From an uncultured Acidimicrobiia bacterium (GTDB lineage: Bacteria; Actinomycetota; Acidimicrobiia; Spongiisociales; JAENVV01), in contig CAVOQP010000010.1 in NCBI GenBank assembly GCA_963698385.1, positions 529,518 through 593,517 on the forward strand: a DNA stretch of 64,000 nucleotides, read 5' to 3'. The position numbers were made by a program, and so were the translations under genes. Below are positions 8,897-17,393 of this stretch, piece by piece. The notes beneath the pieces are model-generated. The model worked only from the letters and a program-made list of their open reading frames with translations, had not been told where the DNA came from and made no database searches. How positions within the stretch are numbered: the first letter of the stretch is position 1; each line of letters begins with the position of its first letter.

Positions 8897-10318
8897 CTAC
8901 GCGGGCAGGGCGGTGAGGTAGGTGTCGATGGCGGCGGCGGCTCGGCGGCCATCGGCGAGGGCGAGGATGACCGTCGCCCCGCCGCTCGTGATGTCGCCTC
9001 CCGCGAACACGCCTGGAATCGAGGTGGCGCCGGTCGCGGGATCCACCTCCAGCGTCCCACGGCGGGTCGTCACGAGGCCGGGGGTGGCCCGCGACAGGAT
9101 CGGGTTGGGCTGGTTCCCGACCGCGATGATCGCCACGTCGCAGCGCCGGGTCTCGATCGCGCCCGGGATCGCCACCGGCCGGCTCCGCCCGTCGTCGTCG
9201 GGTTCGCCCAACTCCATCTGCTGCACCGTCACCGAGTGCAGCCAGCCCTCATCGCCTGCGAACGCGGTGGGGCCCACGAGGAACTCGAGCACCACGCCTT
9301 CCTCCCGGGCGTGCACCACCTCTTCCCGGCGGGCCGGCATCTCGGCCTCGGAGCGGCGGTAGAGCACGGTGACCGGGCTCCCGCCGAGGCGGAGGGCGGT
9401 TCGTGCCGCATCCATGGCCGTGTTGCCACCCCCGACCACCACCACCGGTCTTCCCTCGAAGTCGTACACCGGGGTCTCCGACTCGGGGTCCCACGCCCGC
9501 ATGAGGTTCACCCTGGTCAGGAACTCGTTGGCCGAGTAGACCCCGATAAGGTCCTCTCCCTCGACGTGCAGGAAGCGCGGAAACCCGGCGCCGGTCCCGA
9601 CGAACACCGCATCGAAACCCTCCTCCTCGACGAGGGCGGCGAGCGACGTACCCGGGCCGATGAGGACGTCGGTCTCGAAGGTCACACCCATCTCGGCAAG
9701 GCGGCCGATCTCGGCGGACACGATCGCCTTGGGGAGTCGGAACTCGGGGATCCCGTAGGTGAGCACTCCGCCCAATTCGTGGAGCGCCTCGAATACCGTG
9801 ACCGCGTGCCCGGCCCGGATGAGGTCGCCGGCACAGGCGAGGCCCGACGGGCCGGACCCGACCACAGCCACGCTCCGCCCGGTGGCGGGGAGGGGGTCTC
9901 GACCGGGGTCGAGCGCATGCTCCCTCGCCCAATCGGCCACGAACCGTTCCAGGTGGCCGATGGCGATCGGGCGGCCCTTCTTGCCCAACACGCACGCTCC
10001 CTCACACTGCGATTCCTGGGGACACACCCTTCCGCACACCCCAGGGAGCGAGTTGTCGGCGGCGATGACGTCGGCCGCCCCGGCGATGTCCCCGCCGGCG
10101 ACCTTGCCGATGAACTCGTCGATCCGGATCCCCACCGGGCAGCCTTCGACACAGGTGGGGTGCGTGCACATGAGGCAGCGAGAGGCCTCGAGCGCCGCCA
10201 ACCCGCTCGTGTACCCCAGGTTGACCTCGACGAACCCGCTCGCCCGCTCGCCGGCATCCCGGGCGGGCATCCCGGTCCGCTCCAATGCCATCCGCTCCCG
10301 CTTGGTGAGTTCAGGCAT
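8897..10318 (-). CDS. Glutamate synthase small-chain-like NADPH oxidoreductase (GltD/NfnB/SudA-like; 2x[4Fe-4S] plus FAD/NAD)
   Basis: Cys clusters CLMCTHPTCVEGCP..CGRVCPQESQCEGAC and the dinucleotide fold VAVVGSGPSGLA. The start at 10318 overlaps the upstream gene's stop by 8 nt. Confidence 0.85.
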   Translation of the reverse strand: MPELTKRERMALERTGMPARDAGERASGFVEVNLGYTSGLAALEASRCLMCTHPTCVEGCPVGIRIDEFIGKVAGGDIAGAADVIAADNSLPGVCGRVCPQESQCEGACVLGKKGRPIAIGHLERFVADWAREHALDPGRDPLPATGRSVAVVGSGPSGLACAGDLIRAGHAVTVFEALHELGGVLTYGIPEFRLPKAIVSAEIGRLAEMGVTFETDVLIGPGTSLAALVEEEGFDAVFVGTGAGFPRFLHVEGEDLIGVYSANEFLTRVNLMRAWDPESETPVYDFEGRPVVVVGGGNTAMDAARTALRLGGSPVTVLYRRSEAEMPARREEVVHAREEGVVLEFLVGPTAFAGDEGWLHSVTVQQMELGEPDDDGRSRPVAIPGAIETRRCDVAIIAVGNQPNPILSRATPGLVTTRRGTLEVDPATGATSIPGVFAGGDITSGGATVILALADGRRAAAAIDTYLTALPA

Positions 10319-11141
10319 CCGCCAACTCCGCCATCTGGCACTCCTCGAAGGCCCGGTAGGCCCGGTTCCTCGCCGCGAGGAGGTCGAAGTCGACGAGGTG
10401 CGCATCGAACTCGGGCCCATCCACGCAGGCGAACCTCGTCTCTCCGCCGACGCTCACCCGGCACCCGCCGCACATCCCGGTGCCGTCGACCATGATCGGG
10501 TTGAGGGACGCCACGGTGGGAATGCCCGCATCCCGGGTGGCCCCGGCCACCGCCGCCATCATCGGGATCGGGCCCACGGCGAACACGTGGTCGATCGGCC
10601 CAGCGGCCATGCGATCAAGGAGGGCGTCCGTCACGAGCCCTTTCCTGCCCGACGAGCCGTCATCGGTGGTCACTGTGAGGGTGTCGGAAGCGGCCGCCAT
10701 CTCGGCGAGGAGCAGCAGCAGCGACGCAGTCCGGGCGCCGACGATCGCGTGCACGGTGTTGCCCGCCGCCCGCAGCGCTTTGGCCACGGGGAGGGCGATC
10801 GCCGAGCCCACGCCTCCGCCGACCACCACGCAGGTGCCGAATCGGCGGATCTCGGTCGGCTTCCCGAGGGGGCCGAGGACGTCGGCCAGGTGGTCCCCCA
10901 CCGCGAGATCGGCGAAACCCTGGGTCGTGGCGCCGAGCATCTGGACCACGAGTGTGATCGTCCCCTCCTGGGGGTCGTGGTCGCTGATCGTGAGTGGGAT
11001 GCGCTCACCCGCGTCAGTGACGCGGACGATGACGAACTGGCCCGGCCGGGCGCCGTGGGCAACCCGGGGCGCCTCGACGACACATCGCACGACGTCGGGG
11101 CCGATGCTCGTCGCCTCCCGTATCCGGAAACGGTGTTCCAT
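10311..11141 (-). CDS. Ferredoxin-NADP(+) reductase-like FAD/[2Fe-2S] subunit (NfnA/SudB/PyrK-like)
   Basis: FAD/NAD-binding fold and C-terminal CGGCRV 2Fe-2S motif. Translationally coupled to the GltD-like gene. Confidence 0.8.
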   Translation of the reverse strand: MEHRFRIREATSIGPDVVRCVVEAPRVAHGARPGQFVIVRVTDAGERIPLTISDHDPQEGTITLVVQMLGATTQGFADLAVGDHLADVLGPLGKPTEIRRFGTCVVVGGGVGSAIALPVAKALRAAGNTVHAIVGARTASLLLLLAEMAAASDTLTVTTDDGSSGRKGLVTDALLDRMAAGPIDHVFAVGPIPMMAAVAGATRDAGIPTVASLNPIMVDGTGMCGGCRVSVGGETRFACVDGPEFDAHLVDFDLLAARNRAYRAFEECQMAELADA

Positions 11142-11206
11142 GCCCCAAGGCTATCGGGAGCTCCGGGGCCGGCCGTCAACCACCCCGGGCCGAACCAGCG
11201 ACGGTG

Positions 11207-11340
11207 CCTCGAACCCAGGGTTCCAGGCCACCCCGCAAAGCGTTCTGTGGGCCCCAGACCACCTGGAGGTGGTCTCGAACCCTGGGTTCCACATGTGGGG
11301 CCCTCAGAACACGTTTCGGCTGGACGTGGAACCCTGGACA
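11207..11340. repeat. Palindromic MITE/REP-like element, family 1, copy B, plus an extra solo TIR fragment
   Basis: Same TIRs and inner hairpin as copy A. An additional GTGGAACCCTGGACAC fragment sits at 11325-11340, immediately before the ATG of the aph fragment. Confidence 0.7.
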
Positions 11341-11345
11341 CACTC

Positions 11346-11795
11346 ATGCTGGCCGACGAGGCCGCCGAATGGGTGCGTGACCTTCCCGAGCTGTGGGAGT
11401 GCGCGGGACGCCCATTCGAGGAATCGCTCCTCGACACGGCAACAACGGCCCTCGCCCAACTCGCGGCCTCGCAGGGTGAGCACGTGCTCCTCCACCAGGA
11501 CCTACACGGGGACAACGTCCTCAGCTCCCAGCGGGAACCGTGGCTCGTGATCGACCCCAAGCCCCTCGTCGGGGAACGCGAGTTCTCCCTCGCCCCGATC
11601 ATCCGCTCCCACGAGTTCGGCCACGGCAGGGACGAAGTGATCGGTCGCCTCGACCGACTCAGCAGCTCCCTCGGACTCGACAGGCAACGGGCGGGCCTCT
11701 GGGCGCTGGGACAGACACTGGCGTGGGCGATCGAAGGCGCCGAAGCAGATGCGCGCCATGTCGAGACGGCGCGGTGGCTGGCGGCGTCGCTATGA
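11346..11795 (+). pseudogene. Aminoglycoside/choline-kinase-type phosphotransferase (APH family), C-terminal fragment only
   Basis: HQDLHGDNVL catalytic loop and C-lobe of 149 aa. No N-terminal ATP-binding lobe is present: upstream is repeat B and then an opposite-strand gene. Confidence 0.5.
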
Positions 11796-12461
11796 GAACG
11801 AGCGGAACGCCGCCTTGGCGCCCGAGTTGATGGCGGGTGAGTGCCCGAAGCAAGCGATGTCGAAGTGGAGGGCGCCGAGACGACGAATCGACGCGTCGAT
11901 GGTCGTGGTCCGGGCGTTGAAGTAGCCACGGACGATGGTGCCCTTCTTGTTGCGGGCGGCATCGCCCACGAACAGCACCCCCGGGCCCCGGTTGAGGACG
12001 TAGGAGACGTGGCCCTCCGTGTGGCCGGGGGTCTCATAGGCAACCAGGTCGCCGGGGAGCCGCATCCCCTCCGAGACGAGCCGATCGACCTCGACACCGG
12101 TAGCGGTCGGGACGAGTCTCATCAGCGGTTTGAGAAACGGGAACCGGAACGCGACCGGCGGCGGCGGAGCCGGCTCGTCGCCCCGCACGGCCGGGGCGTC
12201 GGTCGGCGAGGCGTAGAGCTGCGCTCCACTCTCCTGCTTGAGCTCGGCGGCGGAGCCGGTATGGTCCGAATGCGAGTGCGTGAGCATGATCGCCCGGATG
12301 TCGGAGCTCGAGCGTCCGATCGAGCCCAGGGCCCCGAGGATGCGACCTCCCTTGCCTGGTAGTCCGCTGTCGATCAGGGTCACTCCGTCGTCGCCATCCA
12401 CGATGAACATCCGGACATGCTGGATCCGGACGGAGTACACGCCCGCCGCGATCTTCTCCAT
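11790..12461 (-). CDS. MBL-fold metallo-hydrolase
   Basis: LTHSHSDHTG motif. Start placed at MEKIAAGVYSV; the ORF table extends further upstream. Confidence 0.75.
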   Translation of the reverse strand: MEKIAAGVYSVRIQHVRMFIVDGDDGVTLIDSGLPGKGGRILGALGSIGRSSSDIRAIMLTHSHSDHTGSAAELKQESGAQLYASPTDAPAVRGDEPAPPPPVAFRFPFLKPLMRLVPTATGVEVDRLVSEGMRLPGDLVAYETPGHTEGHVSYVLNRGPGVLFVGDAARNKKGTIVRGYFNARTTTIDASIRRLGALHFDIACFGHSPAINSGAKAAFRSFS

Positions 12462-12547
12462 GGGTCGCGACGCTAGCCAGACGGCCGGGCCGGCGTCGGG
12501 CCACGGGGGTGGCGTCTCGAATGCACCACCCGCCCTACCCTCCGACC

Positions 12548-13423
12548 ATGCGGTATCGACTCGCGCTCGTCGGCCTCGCGGTCCTCCTCGTCCTCCCTGC
12601 CTGCACCGCCAATCGCCCGTTCGAGGAGGTGCGGGACGGTGAACGGTCGTACACCGTGGTCCGCCCCCCTCGCCAAACCGAGCCCGCACCCACCGTCGTT
12701 GTCCTGCACGGCGGGGGCGGCACCGCCAAGCGGGTCCAGCGCTACACCGGGTTCGATGCCGTCGTGAGAAGCGACGGGATCGTCGTGGTCTACCCCGAAG
12801 CGGTTGCCGGGCACTGGAACGACGGGCGTCCGATCGACCTGGTGGACGGTATCGATGACGTGGGCTTCCTCATCGACCTCATCGACGACCTCGTCGAGGA
12901 GGGCTTGGCCGATCCGCGGCAGGTATACGTACTCGGGGCGTCCAACGGCGGGATGATGACGCTGCGAATGATCTGCGAACACCCCGACCGCTTCGCCGCG
13001 GCCGCGGTGGTGATCGCCAACGAACCGCTCGACCCGACCTACGAGTGCCGTGGGGAACCGGTGCCGATCCTGTTCCTGCATGGGACCGACGATCCGCTCA
13101 TGCCCTTCCTCGGTGGGGAGGTGGCAGCCCAGGCCAAGGAGGAGCACGGCTTCGTCTTGGGTGCCGCCGCAACCGTGGACAGGTGGGCAACGGCGAACGG
13201 CTGCTCGGGCCACTCGGAGGAGACACTCGGCACCGACGACACCGTCACCGCCACACGCCGCTCGTATGCCTGTTCAGCCGCGCCGCTGGAATGGGTCGTG
13301 CTCGACGGGGGAGGTCACGACTGGCCGGGAGCCGAGCAGTCCGCAGCCCGCGAGGCACTTCTCGGATCCTCAGGCCCGATCGACGCCACCGCGCTCATCT
13401 GGGAGTTCTTCTCGGAAGGGTGA
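12548..13423 (+). CDS. Secreted alpha/beta-hydrolase lipoprotein (PHB-depolymerase/esterase family)
   Basis: Signal plus lipobox MRYRLALVGLAVLLVLPAC, and LHGGGG...GASNGG motifs. Confidence 0.7.
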   Translation: MRYRLALVGLAVLLVLPACTANRPFEEVRDGERSYTVVRPPRQTEPAPTVVVLHGGGGTAKRVQRYTGFDAVVRSDGIVVVYPEAVAGHWNDGRPIDLVDGIDDVGFLIDLIDDLVEEGLADPRQVYVLGASNGGMMTLRMICEHPDRFAAAAVVIANEPLDPTYECRGEPVPILFLHGTDDPLMPFLGGEVAAQAKEEHGFVLGAAATVDRWATANGCSGHSEETLGTDDTVTATRRSYACSAAPLEWVVLDGGGHDWPGAEQSAAREALLGSSGPIDATALIWEFFSEG

Positions 13424-13425
13424 GG

Positions 13426-13914
13426 TCAGCGAGCCCCGAGGGTCATACCGATGATCGCGATCACCATCACCCACGCCAGCTGGACGCCGGTCCGCATCAG
13501 CTTGCCCTGCAGCGCGCCCAGGCGTTGAGCCTGCTCGGTGGTGGGAGGATCGCCGGCGAGCTCGGCCTGGACGCCTCCGAGCTTCCTGGCGGTCCGCTGT
13601 TGCACCCCGTGGCCGATGCCGGTGGCGACGAGACCCGCCAGGGCCCCAATGGTCAGCATCCAGGTGCGGAAGTCCTTGGGTGACCCCTCCACGGCATCGG
13701 TCCACATCAGGATGCCGAAGAGGACAGTGACCACACTGGCCACCATCATGACCATGCGCATGCGGCCGCTGGCGAGGGCGCCCATGAACGGCCCGGCCGC
13801 CGGACCCGCCTTGGCGGCCGCCGGCCCGATGAACCACGCCATGGCGAAGGTGCCGCCGGCCCACACGATGGCGCCCCCCACGTGCAGGAGGTTCCAGAGG
13901 TCGATGAGTTCCAC
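13426..13914 (-). CDS. Hypothetical membrane protein (about 4 TM)
   Basis: GTG start at VELIDLWNLLHVGGAIVWAGG with a hydrophobic C-terminal half. The long N-terminal extension of ORF 13426..14508 is low-complexity and overlaps 13988..14329. Confidence 0.45.
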   Translation of the reverse strand: MELIDLWNLLHVGGAIVWAGGTFAMAWFIGPAAAKAGPAAGPFMGALASGRMRMVMMVASVVTVLFGILMWTDAVEGSPKDFRTWMLTIGALAGLVATGIGHGVQQRTARKLGGVQAELAGDPPTTEQAQRLGALQGKLMRTGVQLAWVMVIAIIGMTLGAR

Positions 13915-13987
13915 GGGTGCCCTTTCAGTGCTCCACGGAATGTAGTGGCAGGCCGCGGTTGCGCCCGGCCGAGCCGTCGAAGCCGGC

Positions 13988-14329
13988 CTACCCGTGGGAG
14001 GGAGGGGCCACCGGTCCGTAGAGGTTGAACTTCTCGTCCCGCTCGCGGGAGGTGTCGACGAACGAGAGGTACTGCCGAGCGAGCTCGGTGAACACCCCGG
14101 ACGTGTCGGCCGCGGCCTTCCGCAAGTCAGGCATGTTGTTGTCGGCGTATCGCCAGACCTGGTGGTAATCGCAGGGATCGGCGGCCGCAAGCGGTCGATA
14201 TGTCCCGAGGTACTCGTAGTTCTTGGGGGCTCGCTCGAGCATGTCCTGCTCGTGGTCTGCAAGCCACGCGCGGAACTCGTCGTCCTTGCCGGGTGCGACG
14301 AAGAATCCCCAGTCGTAGAACAGCGCCAT
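13988..14329 (-). CDS. Hypothetical 113-aa protein (possible EthD/Dabb-like alpha-beta barrel)
   Basis: Clean ORF with balanced composition, MALFYDWGFFVAPGKDDEFRAW... Confidence 0.45.
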   Translation of the reverse strand: MALFYDWGFFVAPGKDDEFRAWLADHEQDMLERAPKNYEYLGTYRPLAAADPCDYHQVWRYADNNMPDLRKAAADTSGVFTELARQYLSFVDTSRERDEKFNLYGPVAPPSHG

Positions 14330-14509
14330 CTCGTGCCTCTCTCGCGATCTCGTGCGAAGGAACCTAGCGGGAGGTCAGCGTCCGCGGCCGGCTGGGCACT
14401 CCCGAGTCGGCGGCCGGTGGGTAGGAGGGTTGCCCCCGCTACCCTTTGGGCTGCAGGACGGGTCACCGGTCGCGGCCGGTTCCGTCCTTTCCCTAGATCC
14501 AGGAGCACG

Positions 14510-14923
14510 ATGCCATCAGCCGGAGACCACGTCGAGGTGCACTACACGGGCACACTCGATGACGGCACCCAGTTCGACTCGTCCGTCGGCCGCGAGCCGC
14601 TGGCGTTCGAGATGGGCGCGGGTCAGCTGATCCCCGGCTTCGAGGCAGCGATCGCAGGCCTTGCAATCGGCGAGTCGACGACGTTCAGGCTCGAACCCGG
14701 AGAAGCGTACGGCGAGTTCGACGAGTCGCGGGTGCTCAGCCTCCCCGTCGCAGGAGCCCCGGACACGTTGGATGTGGGCCATCGGGTCGAGGTCGGAAAC
14801 GGTGTCCAGGGATTGATTACCGAGATCACCGGCGAAGCGGTGGTCGTCGACACCAACCATCCGCTGGCCGGATTGGCGTTGACGTTCGAAGTGAAGTTGC
14901 TCGAAGTAGGAGGTGCCAGCTGA
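14510..14923 (+). CDS. FKBP-type peptidyl-prolyl cis-trans isomerase (SlyD/FkpB-like)
   Basis: AGGAG RBS then ATG at 14510. VHYTGTLDDGTQFDSS...FEMGAGQLIPGFE FKBP signature. Confidence 0.8.
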   Translation: MPSAGDHVEVHYTGTLDDGTQFDSSVGREPLAFEMGAGQLIPGFEAAIAGLAIGESTTFRLEPGEAYGEFDESRVLSLPVAGAPDTLDVGHRVEVGNGVQGLITEITGEAVVVDTNHPLAGLALTFEVKLLEVGGAS

Positions 14924-15144
14924 TGGCGAACGATGACTACATCAAGGCGAGTGGCACGGTCCTCCAGGTCATGGGCAATGCCACCTTCAGGGTCGAGGTC
15001 GAAGGCGGCCTCGAGGTGATGGCGAAGGCAGCCGGACGCATGCGCCGCGGCCGCAAGATCCGGATCCTCCCCGGTGACAAGGTCGAGGTCGAAGTCTCGA
15101 CCTATGACCCCACCAAGGGTCGCATCGTCTGGCGCTACCGCTAG
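14923..15144 (+). CDS. infA: Translation initiation factor IF-1
   Basis: MANDDYIKASGTVLQVMGNATFRVEVEGG...KIRILPGDKVEVEVSTYDPTKGRIVWRY. Start overlaps the FKBP stop. Confidence 0.9.
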   Translation: MANDDYIKASGTVLQVMGNATFRVEVEGGLEVMAKAAGRMRRGRKIRILPGDKVEVEVSTYDPTKGRIVWRYR

Positions 15145-15167
15145 GGAGCTCTAGCCCGGGCACGAGC

Positions 15168-15242
15168 CCGAGCCAACCCAGGGTTCCAGACCACACCCAA
15201 CGCCGTTCTGTGGGCCCCAGACCACCTCAATGTGGTGCACAG
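15168..15242. repeat. Palindromic MITE/REP-like element, family 1, copy C (degenerate right end)
   Basis: CCAACCCAGGGTTCCAGACCACACCC..GTTCTGTGGGCCCCAGACCACCT matches copies A and B. The right TIR is eroded. Confidence 0.6.
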
Positions 15243-15304
15243 CCCGCGATTCAGGACCGAGCCGAGCCGGACGGTCGCGAGTCGGAATCGCTAGGTTCGA
15301 GTCC

Positions 15305-15757
15305 ATGCAGTCGAAGGCCACAACCGTTGAGCAATACCTGGCTGACCTCCCCGACGACCGCCTCGAGGCGATCGAAGCAGTCCGAGACGTGATCCTCGCC
15401 AATCTCCCCGAGGGGTACGAGGAGACCGTCAACTGGGGCATGATCACCTACCAGGTCCCCCTCGCCCGATACCCGGACACGTACAACAAGAAGCCGCTGA
15501 TGCTGGCTGCACTCGCCTCCCAGAAGCACCACATGGCCGTGTACCTCACCGGCGTCTATGCCAACGCCGAGAGCCGGACCCGGTTCGTGTCGGCCTACAA
15601 AGAGACGGGGAAGCGAATGGACATGGGCCAGTCCTGCGTCCGATTCAGGAAGCTGGACCAACTGCCCCTCAACCTGATCGGCGATGCCATCGCGGAGTTC
15701 TCCGTGGAGGAGTTCATCGCGCTCACCGAGGGAGCCCCGTACAGGAGCCGGGGTTAG
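15305..15757 (+). CDS. DUF1801 (YdhG-like) domain protein
   Basis: MQSKATTVEQYLADLPDDRLEAIEAVRDVIL..., 150 aa. Confidence 0.65.
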   Translation: MQSKATTVEQYLADLPDDRLEAIEAVRDVILANLPEGYEETVNWGMITYQVPLARYPDTYNKKPLMLAALASQKHHMAVYLTGVYANAESRTRFVSAYKETGKRMDMGQSCVRFRKLDQLPLNLIGDAIAEFSVEEFIALTEGAPYRSRG

Positions 15758-15759
15758 TG

Positions 15760-15833
15760 TCCTCCTACCCGCATGATGTCGCCTTCGGCGACGATGCGGG
15801 GGCCCCTTCCTCCCACCTGCGGCGGGAGGACAG
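15760..15833 (+). repeat. Double-hairpin repeat, family 2, copy 1 (candidate terminator / structured 3' element)
   Basis: TCCTCCTACCCGCATGATGTCGCCTTCGGCGACGATGCGGGGGCC..TCCTCCCACCTGCGGCGGGAGGACAG, immediately after the stop of the DUF1801 gene. About 85% identical to 50416..50490. Confidence 0.6.
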
Positions 15834-15998
15834 CAGAGTCCGACCGCGCAGCGGTCAACGTCAACGTCAACCCGGAGCCTGAGGCTCGACGCCTGACCGG
15901 CTTCGTCAGCAGGAGGGGACCGGGACGAGAACGAAGGAGCGTCGACCCGCTTCTTGGTCGAAGCTGAAGTCGACGTTGACGTACGGCCGCTGGGCCGG

Positions 15999-16565
15999 TC
16001 AGCGACACACTCCGAGCCAACGGAACGTCCCGTCGACGAGGGCGTATTGGCCGATGCCGTCATCGAACCTCTGACCTTGGAACACGAACGAGACCGCGGC
16101 CGAATAGACGTCGGGGATCCCGGCCACGGTATCCGGGCCCGCCGTGACCTCGTGCAGGGTGTACTCGGAGAGGCCCATGATCTCGTTCTCCACCCATGAC
16201 CGACACAGGTCCTCGCCACCCAGGGCGACCACGTCGGGGTGGAGCCGAAGCCACACGAACTCGACGTCGCCCTCCTCCAACGCGTCGGCGAACAACAGGA
16301 CGAACTCCTCGACCGTCTCGGCCTCCTCCACGGAGACAACGGTGGTGGTCGTGGTGGATGTCGTCGATGTCGTGGATGTCGTCGATGTGGTCGCGACCGA
16401 CGTCGTGGTCGTGATCGCCTCCTCGACCTCCGTCGGCGGCACCGTCGCCAAGGTCGACACAGCGACCTCACTGGTGTCGTCATCGCTGACGTAGCCAACT
16501 ATGCCGATGACGACGGCGATCGCCCCGATCGCCATCATCAGGAGCCCAACACGCTTTCCCGTCAT
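15999..16565 (-). CDS. Membrane-anchored protein with Thr/Ser-rich (STT)n linker
   Basis: N-terminal TM segment LLMMAIGAIAVVIGIV, then an (STT) repeat, then a C-terminal globular part. Confidence 0.5.
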   Translation of the reverse strand: MTGKRVGLLMMAIGAIAVVIGIVGYVSDDDTSEVAVSTLATVPPTEVEEAITTTTSVATTSTTSTTSTTSTTTTTVVSVEEAETVEEFVLLFADALEEGDVEFVWLRLHPDVVALGGEDLCRSWVENEIMGLSEYTLHEVTAGPDTVAGIPDVYSAAVSFVFQGQRFDDGIGQYALVDGTFRWLGVCR

Positions 16566-16644
16566 CCCGTCAACCTACCGGGATCACCCGGCTTGGCTCT
16601 GGACTTCTCCAATAGCGGCTGCCACCCTACGCTTCGTGAGGTCC

Positions 16645-17343
16645 ATGAAGCCTTTTGCCATCGCCGTTGCCTTCGTTGCGTCTGTCCTGGTCATGGCTGC
16701 CGCCACCTGGGCCCCCACCGAGGGGGCGCTCGGCGCGGTTGCGGAGACGACGACCACCGTCGGGGCCCCGGTCACCACCACTCCCATCGCTCCCGCGCCC
16801 ACCACGACCTCGACCTCCACCACGACCACCTCGGTGGCGGTGAGTACCACGACCACCACCACGACGACGACGCTTGCTCCCGCGGCAACGACGCCGAAGC
16901 CCGCTCCAACGACCACCCGCCCGCCACGCCCGGCCACCACCACCACGACCACCACCACCGTGGCCGCCGTCACTCCCCACCACGACCCCGACTTCGCGTC
17001 GGGGATCTTCCAGTACGCCAACTCGGCCCGTTCGGCAGCCGGTGTCGGCACGCTCAAGTGGTCGAGTTCGCTCGCCGGCTACGCCAAGAACTGGGCCAAG
17101 AGGCTGGGCGACTCCGGCGACCTCGGCCACTCCGACTTCGGCTCGCTGCTCGGGACCACCTGGGGCACGGTTGGCGAGAACGTCGCCATGGGGCACCTCA
17201 ACCCAACCGCCATGCACAAGGGCTGGATGGCGTCGAGCAGCCACAAGGCCAATATCATCAACGCCGACTTCACACACGTCGGGACTGCCGTCTGGGTCGA
17301 TGCTTCCGGGACCACCTGGGGCGTCCAGGTGTTCGGCGGCTAA
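16645..17343 (+). CDS. Secreted CAP/SCP/PR-1 domain protein with Thr/Pro-rich linker
   Basis: Signal peptide MKPFAIAVAFVASVLVMAAATWA. C-terminal GENVAMGH...HKANIINADFTHVGTAVW CAP motifs. Confidence 0.75.
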   Translation: MKPFAIAVAFVASVLVMAAATWAPTEGALGAVAETTTTVGAPVTTTPIAPAPTTTSTSTTTTSVAVSTTTTTTTTTLAPAATTPKPAPTTTRPPRPATTTTTTTTVAAVTPHHDPDFASGIFQYANSARSAAGVGTLKWSSSLAGYAKNWAKRLGDSGDLGHSDFGSLLGTTWGTVGENVAMGHLNPTAMHKGWMASSSHKANIINADFTHVGTAVWVDASGTTWGVQVFGG

Positions 17344-17393
17344 TCAACAAAGTTGGGGAACGACATCTCCCCCGTTGCGCCGATGCATGAAGC

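Noticed and set aside
7790-11795. Very long plus-strand ORFs (7790..10495, 901 aa; 9759..11795, 678 aa) and many other ORFs of >100 aa overlapping annotated genes (for example 15251..16498, 25156..26967, 28144..29142, 43161..43946, 54441..55244)
   Set aside because: Biased R/G/P/A composition, no domain motifs, and antisense or alternate-frame to genes with strong motifs (GMC oxidase, GltD, NfnA, nosZ and others). These are GC-content artefacts.
13915-14508. N-terminal 198 residues of ORF 13426..14508
   Set aside because: Ser/Thr/Pro/Arg-rich low complexity. It overlaps the cleaner ORF 13988..14329 in another frame. Only the hydrophobic C-terminal part from the GTG at 13914 was kept.
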